IMG/VR virus record: IMGVR_UViG_3300011115_000209
Coordinates: 1-28,966 of that record
Length of the DNA: 28,966 nucleotides
Origin: a virus
Taxonomy: Duplodnaviria > Caudoviricetes
Reading direction: 5' to 3' (one strand)
The notes under the pieces are model-generated. The model saw only the letters and a program-made list of their open reading frames with translations, ran no database searches and was not told the origin of the DNA. Below, piece by piece: positions 5,486-12,980 of this stretch. Numbering within the stretch: position 1 is the first letter of the stretch; every line of letters begins with the position of its first letter. A program made the position numbers and the translations under genes.

Positions 5486-8400
5486 CGCCAAAGCACGCCT
5501 GCTACAGATGATTGCCGATGAACCCCACATGGGCGGGGGTGGATTGCTGAAGGCTGTAACCAAGGCTCAGAAGATGTCCAAGGCTGCGCAGCCTATCGTG
5601 TCAGCGGCTGAACATGAGGCCAACCTTGCCCGCCTCCTCGAACCCAGCAAGGCCACCATGCGCCTGTACCACGGGACTACGGCCACCGAGGGCGGCAAGG
5701 GTACGGAGGCCATCCGCAGGTTCAAGCCAAGCAAGGAAGGCGCACTTGGCTCTGGCGTGTACCTGACGCCTAGCCCAGCCCATGCCAGCGGCTACAGTGG
5801 CATCCCAAACGACGAAGCTCTTGAGTTGATGCTGGGCAACCCAAGCCACCAAAGCACTGGCATGAAGGCGCTGAACCAGCGCAACTCAGGCAACGTCCTG
5901 CCTTCGCAACAGGGCGGCAACATGCTGCCTGTCTACGCTCAGATAAAAAACCCGCTCATCATTGAGGGAACGCACAGCGACCCAATGATTGAGGCGCTGA
6001 CCAAGCTCGGCATGGATGAGGCGCAAGCCGCCAAGATGGTTGAGCGTGCCTATGACACCAAGGGCTACATCGGCAAGGAAGTCGAGTCCCGCGCCCGTGC
6101 GCAAGGCTATGACGGCCTGATGCAGTACCGCTATGGTGAGTTGGGCGAGGTCGTGTCCTACAACCCCAACGCAATCAAAAGCGCAACCGGGAACCGTGGA
6201 ACTTTTGACATCAACGACCCCGACCTGAGCAAGGCCACTGGCGGCGCTGTCCACATGGCTGGCGGTGGTAGGACGCCCAAGTACCCGTGGGAGCGCTACC
6301 CGCAGCCCAAGAAGGTGGCCGAGATGCGGGCAAGGGAAATCAACCCCGTTGCTGGCGCGGTGAAGAAGGGTGCGGACTACGCAACCCAGTTGATTGACAA
6401 AGGCCCATCGTTCTCCAGCTTGGTGGGCAACTTGGTCGGAGCCGTTCCATTTGTCGGCCCTGACCTGCGCAAGCGCATGGAATCGTCCGACATCTCCATC
6501 CCGACTGACATCACCATGCCCAGTTTCATGCCTGAGTACATGTCAGAGCAGGGCACGCCTGTGTACAAGCAGGCTGGCATCGAGATGGGCAAGATTCCAG
6601 CCAAGGACTTGATGGAAGTTTTCAAGGTGTCCGACTTCACGCCATTTGCTGGAATGAGCAACGTGGCAGAGAGCATTGGCTACGGCCAGATGCCTGACCC
6701 GCTTGACCTGCTGGACGCCGCTGGTGTGGCCGCTCTTGGGTATGGTGCTATCAAGGGTGGCGTCAAGGCTGGCAGTGCGGCTGCTGGTGCTGCAAAGAAA
6801 GCAACACAGGCTTTAACTCCAAGTAAAATTACGCCCTTAGAAACAGGAGCTACTTATGCAACAAAACAAGAAGGCCCGTTCTTCCGAGTCAGCCCAACAG
6901 CACTTGACACGAGTAAGGCAACAACTCGCGGAATTAAAGAAGCGGATGGGCTACGAGGCTCCGCCCTTGACGGAGGAGGAGCAGAACAAGCTGGACGCGA
7001 AGTTCCGAAATTCCTATCGTCAGAAGAGGTGGGTCGAATAATTGCTGACCCAGTTGCGAACGAGCCGCTGAACATTGCAAAGAAGTACACGCGAGACACT
7101 CAAGGAACGGATTTTGGAGTCCCGCAGGTTCCCAGTAGCTCGTTGGCAAAACAGTCAGGCATTGCCCGCATTTTTGATTTAGCCGTCCAAGGATCGCCCG
7201 AATACAAGTCTGCAATCTTTGGGGCTTATGGCCGGGAGATGCCTGAGTTGATGGAGAGGATTGGCGCAAAGAACTACGACGACCTGATGGAGAAGGCTTA
7301 CCGTCAGATGGCAAAGGAGACTGACGACCAATTCAAGAGACTGCCGTACAACTTCTCGTACCACCGCGCTGGCGAAGGCAACTACAACGGGGCCAAAGAC
7401 ATGGCTTCTGATGTGCATGGAAACAAGCACCTGTACGTTTATCAAGGTGGCGACAAACACGACTTCTTGCACAACGTCGATCCGCAAAGCGGCCTCAATG
7501 AGAACGAGAAGTTCCGGGCCGTCCATGATCTTTTGGGTCACGCCATTTACGGCAACGAGTTTGGCCCCAAGGGCGAAGAGATGGCATGGGCTGTCCACCA
7601 GCAGATGTACTCTCCACTTGCGCGGATGGCTATGACGGCTGAGACCCGTGGGCAAAATTCGGTGGTGAACTACAGTCCGCTGAACGCCAAGCTCAAGCAG
7701 ACCATATCGGAATATGAGCGCTTAGGAAACGAGGCAAGAAGGCGCGGTGACAAAGCTCTTGTAAATAAAATTGCGGAGCTAAAGCGTCAAGCGTATTCCG
7801 GGTTGGAGTTTGCTCCCAACAGGGCCGTGCTACTGCCCCCTGAGTTTATGAATCCCCAGTTTGCTGGGGGAATCCCTGAATACCTTGCTGCCGCAAACAA
7901 GCCAATGCCGGGAACTTCTATTCAATCGCCCCTAACTCACTTCAGCAACGAGCCGGGTCTGACTTTTACCGACCCCCGGATGTACGGCACGGGCATCAAG
8001 GGTGCCGAGGCCGAGCGCCTGATGAACTACCCCGGTGCCGTGCGTGACCGTTCCTACTTCTACATGGGCGAACCAGGATCAGTCCTACCGGAGCCGGGGC
8101 TTGGCGTCAACCGCTACCGTGGCGAGTCGTCAAACCTGTACGACATCACGCAAGACCCGCTGAACTTCAACGTGCTGGCTCGTGAGTCCAACCGCACACC
8201 CTACACCGCCAAGTACAACCAAGGTATCACCTACCCCACGCAGGACGCCAACGACATTGAGCGCCTCGTCCGTGAGTACGGCTACGAAGGCATGGCAAAC
8301 CCCAAAGCGTCCAAGCCAATGGCAATCATGTTCAACAAGACCCCGGTGCAGCGCCGCAAAAAAGGCGGTGAAGTTCACATGGCTGGCGGTGGCCTGCTCA

Positions 8401-11400
8401 AAGCCATCAGCAAGGCCCAGAAGACGGCTAAGGCGGTGAAGGATGCTGAGACCGCCATGCAGACCTTCACGGACATTGCTACGCCAGTAATCCGCAGCGG
8501 CACCCGCAAGTTTGATGTGCCTGCCGCAAAGACCAGTGTCATCAAAGAACCGGGTGGCAACTGGCTGAGTGGCAGTGTTGAGCAGGCAATGAAGCCGCTG
8601 CGCAAGAAAACCGCCGTAGGTAGCGAACCATCCGAAGTGCTGAATGAATTAACTAATAAATACACTCCAGAAGCAATGAGTAGGTTATCGCCTAATTTAC
8701 AAGATTTTGTGAATGAAAGCATAACTGAGGTTAAACAAGGGTCAGCCATAAACGACTGGATTGACCGCAATTTGACCAATTACGTCAAGAAGCAAATGGC
8801 AACACCCGGTGACCCGGTGCGCAAGTTGGCAGAAGAAGGCATATCACATATGCCTGAACTTGATATTCCCAACCGAAGCGTTCCAGAGTCTCTTGCCGTA
8901 TTGCGCATGAATGCTGGACAAGCGCCGCTTGGCGTTGGTAAATCAAACGCAGCAAAAGGATGGGAGACCGCAACAGACTATAGGCTCAATGTTGCTCCCG
9001 CAAAAGAATATACCAAGCCATTGACAGAATCAGAAATTCGGCGCGGATTCAGTTCAGCCGTAAACACTGACCCGTGGCTTACCAAACTTGACCCAGACAC
9101 TCCTGTCTTCCATGCAGCAGACGCTGATTCTTTTGCACGCGGCCTCGGCTTTGACCACATCGTCGATGTCTTGAACCAAGACCTTGCCGCTGGCCGCATC
9201 CGTCCCGAGCAACTGAACAAAATCAGCATGGAGCAGGCAGTGCGCCGCACCTACGAGTTTGACCAAGAGATGGCAAAGAAGATGCGTGAGACGCAGGCCA
9301 AGGTCACCGAGGGTATGCCTGTTCACAAAGACTATTCCGACAAGGGCTACAAGTGGATTGAGTTGAAGGCTCCAGATTACAACTCTTTGCCTCTTGAAGA
9401 ACGCAAACAAATGATTGCTCGGTTGACTGAAGAGGCCAAGCAAAAAGGTTTGACACCAGAAGACTACATTGAAAGGTATCCTGAAAGCCAATTGGCTGAA
9501 GCCCTCAAGTATGAAGGCGACACGATGGGCCACTGCGTTGGTGGCTATTGCCCTGATGTGCTGGAAGGCCGCAGCCGCATTTTCAGCCTGCGTGACGCCA
9601 AGGGTGAGCCGCATGTAACGGTGGAGGTTGAGCCAAACCAAAATCCTTACCCCGTAAGTGGAGAAGCATTTACTCGCTTGAGTCCTCAAGAAAAAGCCCA
9701 GTACCGTGAGTATGTGAGGCAATGGCGTCAGCGCAACCCTGACGTTGAAGAGTTGACGGACGAGCATACCGCTCAAGCCCTCAAGGAAGCTGGAGTAGCG
9801 CCACAGCCAGACCGCATTGTCCAAATCAAAGGCAAGCAGAACCGCGCACCCAAGGAAGACTACCTGCCGTTCGTGCAGGACTTTGTGAAGGGTGGTCAGT
9901 GGTCTGACGTTGGAGATTTACGGAACACGGGGCTGCGCAAGGTCGAGGGCCAATACATGACTGAGCCTGAACATGACGATTGGTTGCTCAACCAGCTTCA
10001 ACCGCCAGAAGAAGGCATGGCCGAAGGCGGCGAGGTCAAATCTTTCTTTGAGGAGAAGAGCGCTAAGCAACGCCTGCTGGACATGATTGCTGAAGAGCCG
10101 CACATGGCTGGCGGTGGTCTGCTTAAGGCAATTGGCAAAGCACAGAAGACAACCAAAAAGGCTCAGATGTTCTCCGCTGTGGACAAGGCTTTGGAAGCCT
10201 CCAAACGCGGCGCAGGCACAGGCATGGAGTTTGCCAACGAGCTTGCCAAAACCAGCGGCATCAAAAAAGCCGAACTGGTTGACCGTGGAATTATGGTGCC
10301 CAGCAAGAACGGCCCAGTGCTGAACCCCGCGCTGACTCAGCTACCCAAGATGAGCAAGCAGGATTTTGTTTCGCACCTGAACGAGAAGTACAAGCCGCCC
10401 GGCGTCAGAAAGATTACGCTTGGTGAGCAAAACCTCACGCATGAAGCAATTGACAAAAAAGCCATGCAGATGATGGCCGATGATGTTGGTGATTTTGTAG
10501 ACCGTAATGGCGATATAACCTACGAAGACGCCTTTAATTATTCCTACGACCACGACTACGACAAGTATTACGAGCGGGCAAAGGATGAGTTGTCTGAAGA
10601 GAGCGGCACAAAGTACAGCAAATACAAAATGCCCGGTGCTGAGAACTACCGCGAGAGCCTGTACCAGTACGAAAACCCAAAGGGCACGGCGTTTACGGCA
10701 AGCCACTGGGATGACCCCAACATCCTGTACCACATGCGCCAGACAGACAGGGTCACGCCGACGTACAACAGCGCACAAATTGATGCCATCGGCCAACGCA
10801 TGGCTGACGCGATGGGCACCAAGGTAGAGAACCTTGGCAGCGGTGCGCCTGAAATGATGATTCGCCAAGGTGTCATCAGTCCGCTGGAAGCTGCGCAGTT
10901 TGCACATGCCAAGGACTTCCGCAATATGGACATTGACATGTCGCCTGCGCAGAAGCGGGCATTGCACATCGAAGAGATTCAATCCGACTGGCACCAGAAA
11001 GGGCGAGATAAGGGTTACGTCAATATGTTTGACAAGCCCTACACGATTGAGCAAGACGTGAACGGCATGTATCGCGTTAAAGACGCCAGCGGAAATACGT
11101 TTGAGCCATATCTTGATGGCGAAAGAATGAGTGCATTCTTGACTGCTGAAAGCGCGGAGAACGCGATGAAAGGCAATATGGGTCGGTTGCCTCAACCAGT
11201 TGGTATGCCCGACGCCCCATTCAAAAAGAACTGGCACGAACACGCCCTCAAGCAAGCGCTCATGGACGCAGCAGAAGGCGGCTATGACCAGCTACTGATT
11301 ACGCCCGGAGCCGAGCAAGCCAAGCGGTTTGACTTGTCTCAACAAATTGACACGGTGGAATGGAATACAGACACTGGCCGTCTGTACGCCAAAGAAAAAG

Positions 11401-12980
11401 AAACTGGCGATTACAGAAAAATTGCAGACAACGTGACATCAGACAATATCGCTGATTATGTTGGCAAGGAAACGGCAAAGAAGCTGATGGAGCAACCCAC
11501 CTCTCACAGCTACAAGCAATTGAGCGGCCTTGACCTTCAAGTAGGAGGCGAAGGCATGGCTGGCTTTTACGACAAGATGGTACCCAGCTACTTGAACGAC
11601 ATTGGCAAGAAGTACGGCGTGCGGGTTGGCGAACATGCGATTGAAGGCGATGTGCCGTACTCCAAGACCACGCCAACGCTGGCGGATGTGCAGCGCCTTG
11701 CGCAAGAGATGTACGGAGTGAGTGACATCCAAGCCATTTCCGCTCTTCCTGTGGAGCAACGCAACGCTATCAATCAAGCCTTTGCTGACAGGGTCAGGGC
11801 AGAACACGCCACCAAGCTGCACAGCTTCGACATCACCCCCGAGATGCGGGAAGACATCCTGAACAACGGCCTGCCCATGTACCAACGTGGCGGCGAAGTT
11901 CACATGGGCATTGGTGGTGCAGCACTCAAGGCGCGGAAAGTAGCGGAAGCTGCAAAGGCCGCAAAGAAAGCTGCGGAAGTTGCTCCGTACCTGCCCGGTG
12001 TCCACTACGCTGACCCGCTTGCTCCGCCAACTATGAAGATGTCCGAGGCTCTGGGCAATGTTGGAGCCGAGGGCAAGACGCTCAACTTCACCGAGACTGA
12101 CCGCTCACGGGTGTTTGGCCCTAACCGTGGTGGCGCAGGGTTTGCTGGGCTTCAGCACTACTCGTTGCCCCACAAAGAAGCCAACACCGTCTGGGGGTTT
12201 GGTAGCAAGGGGATTACCGAAAAGAAAATAAATCAGAACGACCCTGAAAACACAATCTGGACAACCTACGCAGGTTCACCCACCCAGCACAAATCCAACA
12301 CCGTGGTGGTCAAGGATGCCTTGGGCCAACTGCAATCTGCCAATTTGAGCGGTGCCGTACACCCCAAACAAATTGAGTTCATCAATGACCGCATCCGTGG
12401 CTCCTTGAGCAAAAATGGCAAGCCGTTGTTTCCCAGCGACTTTGACATTACCGACCCCAAAGCGTTTGACTTTGCGACCACGTTTGACCGCAGAGCAGCA
12501 ATCAGTGACGCATTGATGGGCATTGGCGTCAAGAAGCCCATGATTAGTAAAGAGTTCAAGGCGGCTAACCCCGGCGTAAAGTGGCAAGACGCCGCCAACA
12601 TTGAAGCCATCCTCCAGCGCGAGACTGACCCTGCAATGATGGGCGCAAACACAAATGATGTAGGCCCAAACCTGTTTGTGATGGACAATGGCATCATCCA
12701 CCGCCCCGACTTGAACGAGGCATTTCCTTACCAAGTGACTGGCAATGACCTTGGAATGCGGTACGAACTCACTCCATTCCGTGATGCAGCACCTGATTGG
12801 ATACAAGCACGGGGCATCAAGCCAAATGAACCAATCAATGCTTGGGCAATGTCACGCGCTGTGCCAAGCCAATTTGTGAGCGACAAGTATTTGACTGGGC
12901 TTCAGAAGAAGGGTCGCAAAGAAGGCGGACTCGCCCAAATTAAAAAGGTAAAACGACATGGCAACACAGTTTCCAATTGA
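5478..12980 (+). CDS. Giant (2500 aa) polyvalent-type protein, probably virion-packaged: ART-like domain, HDxxGH module, PcfJ-like domain, EEIQSDWHQ module and unknown modules
   Basis: Uninterrupted ORF; motifs YHGT...GSGVYLT...GYDG...NPNAIKSATGNRGTFD, FRAVHDLLGH...GEE...ETRGQNS, EGDTMGHCVGGY...IFSLRD...QIKGKQN and EEIQSDWHQ...PDAPFK; modules separated by repeated GGxVHMAGGG linkers. Confidence 0.85.
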   Translation: MTDAKARLLQMIADEPHMGGGGLLKAVTKAQKMSKAAQPIVSAAEHEANLARLLEPSKATMRLYHGTTATEGGKGTEAIRRFKPSKEGALGSGVYLTPSPAHASGYSGIPNDEALELMLGNPSHQSTGMKALNQRNSGNVLPSQQGGNMLPVYAQIKNPLIIEGTHSDPMIEALTKLGMDEAQAAKMVERAYDTKGYIGKEVESRARAQGYDGLMQYRYGELGEVVSYNPNAIKSATGNRGTFDINDPDLSKATGGAVHMAGGGRTPKYPWERYPQPKKVAEMRAREINPVAGAVKKGADYATQLIDKGPSFSSLVGNLVGAVPFVGPDLRKRMESSDISIPTDITMPSFMPEYMSEQGTPVYKQAGIEMGKIPAKDLMEVFKVSDFTPFAGMSNVAESIGYGQMPDPLDLLDAAGVAALGYGAIKGGVKAGSAAAGAAKKATQALTPSKITPLETGATYATKQEGPFFRVSPTALDTSKATTRGIKEADGLRGSALDGGGAEQAGREVPKFLSSEEVGRIIADPVANEPLNIAKKYTRDTQGTDFGVPQVPSSSLAKQSGIARIFDLAVQGSPEYKSAIFGAYGREMPELMERIGAKNYDDLMEKAYRQMAKETDDQFKRLPYNFSYHRAGEGNYNGAKDMASDVHGNKHLYVYQGGDKHDFLHNVDPQSGLNENEKFRAVHDLLGHAIYGNEFGPKGEEMAWAVHQQMYSPLARMAMTAETRGQNSVVNYSPLNAKLKQTISEYERLGNEARRRGDKALVNKIAELKRQAYSGLEFAPNRAVLLPPEFMNPQFAGGIPEYLAAANKPMPGTSIQSPLTHFSNEPGLTFTDPRMYGTGIKGAEAERLMNYPGAVRDRSYFYMGEPGSVLPEPGLGVNRYRGESSNLYDITQDPLNFNVLARESNRTPYTAKYNQGITYPTQDANDIERLVREYGYEGMANPKASKPMAIMFNKTPVQRRKKGGEVHMAGGGLLKAISKAQKTAKAVKDAETAMQTFTDIATPVIRSGTRKFDVPAAKTSVIKEPGGNWLSGSVEQAMKPLRKKTAVGSEPSEVLNELTNKYTPEAMSRLSPNLQDFVNESITEVKQGSAINDWIDRNLTNYVKKQMATPGDPVRKLAEEGISHMPELDIPNRSVPESLAVLRMNAGQAPLGVGKSNAAKGWETATDYRLNVAPAKEYTKPLTESEIRRGFSSAVNTDPWLTKLDPDTPVFHAADADSFARGLGFDHIVDVLNQDLAAGRIRPEQLNKISMEQAVRRTYEFDQEMAKKMRETQAKVTEGMPVHKDYSDKGYKWIELKAPDYNSLPLEERKQMIARLTEEAKQKGLTPEDYIERYPESQLAEALKYEGDTMGHCVGGYCPDVLEGRSRIFSLRDAKGEPHVTVEVEPNQNPYPVSGEAFTRLSPQEKAQYREYVRQWRQRNPDVEELTDEHTAQALKEAGVAPQPDRIVQIKGKQNRAPKEDYLPFVQDFVKGGQWSDVGDLRNTGLRKVEGQYMTEPEHDDWLLNQLQPPEEGMAEGGEVKSFFEEKSAKQRLLDMIAEEPHMAGGGLLKAIGKAQKTTKKAQMFSAVDKALEASKRGAGTGMEFANELAKTSGIKKAELVDRGIMVPSKNGPVLNPALTQLPKMSKQDFVSHLNEKYKPPGVRKITLGEQNLTHEAIDKKAMQMMADDVGDFVDRNGDITYEDAFNYSYDHDYDKYYERAKDELSEESGTKYSKYKMPGAENYRESLYQYENPKGTAFTASHWDDPNILYHMRQTDRVTPTYNSAQIDAIGQRMADAMGTKVENLGSGAPEMMIRQGVISPLEAAQFAHAKDFRNMDIDMSPAQKRALHIEEIQSDWHQKGRDKGYVNMFDKPYTIEQDVNGMYRVKDASGNTFEPYLDGERMSAFLTAESAENAMKGNMGRLPQPVGMPDAPFKKNWHEHALKQALMDAAEGGYDQLLITPGAEQAKRFDLSQQIDTVEWNTDTGRLYAKEKETGDYRKIADNVTSDNIADYVGKETAKKLMEQPTSHSYKQLSGLDLQVGGEGMAGFYDKMVPSYLNDIGKKYGVRVGEHAIEGDVPYSKTTPTLADVQRLAQEMYGVSDIQAISALPVEQRNAINQAFADRVRAEHATKLHSFDITPEMREDILNNGLPMYQRGGEVHMGIGGAALKARKVAEAAKAAKKAAEVAPYLPGVHYADPLAPPTMKMSEALGNVGAEGKTLNFTETDRSRVFGPNRGGAGFAGLQHYSLPHKEANTVWGFGSKGITEKKINQNDPENTIWTTYAGSPTQHKSNTVVVKDALGQLQSANLSGAVHPKQIEFINDRIRGSLSKNGKPLFPSDFDITDPKAFDFATTFDRRAAISDALMGIGVKKPMISKEFKAANPGVKWQDAANIEAILQRETDPAMMGANTNDVGPNLFVMDNGIIHRPDLNEAFPYQVTGNDLGMRYELTPFRDAAPDWIQARGIKPNEPINAWAMSRAVPSQFVSDKYLTGLQKKGRKEGGLAQIKKVKRHGNTVSN
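6856..7041 (+). CDS. Candidate nested (overprinted) small gene inside the giant ORF, different frame, 61 aa
   Basis: AGGAG 6845-6849, 6 nt before ATG; TAAAAT at 6824-6829; charged, helical-looking product. Confidence 0.45.
   Translation: MQQNKKARSSESAQQHLTRVRQQLAELKKRMGYEAPPLTEEEQNKLDAKFRNSYRQKRWVE

Noticed and set aside
10050-10085. GAGGAG before the internal leader copy, suggesting an internal restart of the giant gene
   Set aside because: The next in-frame ATG (10083) is about 27 nt downstream, too far for an RBS, and GAGGAG simply encodes EE
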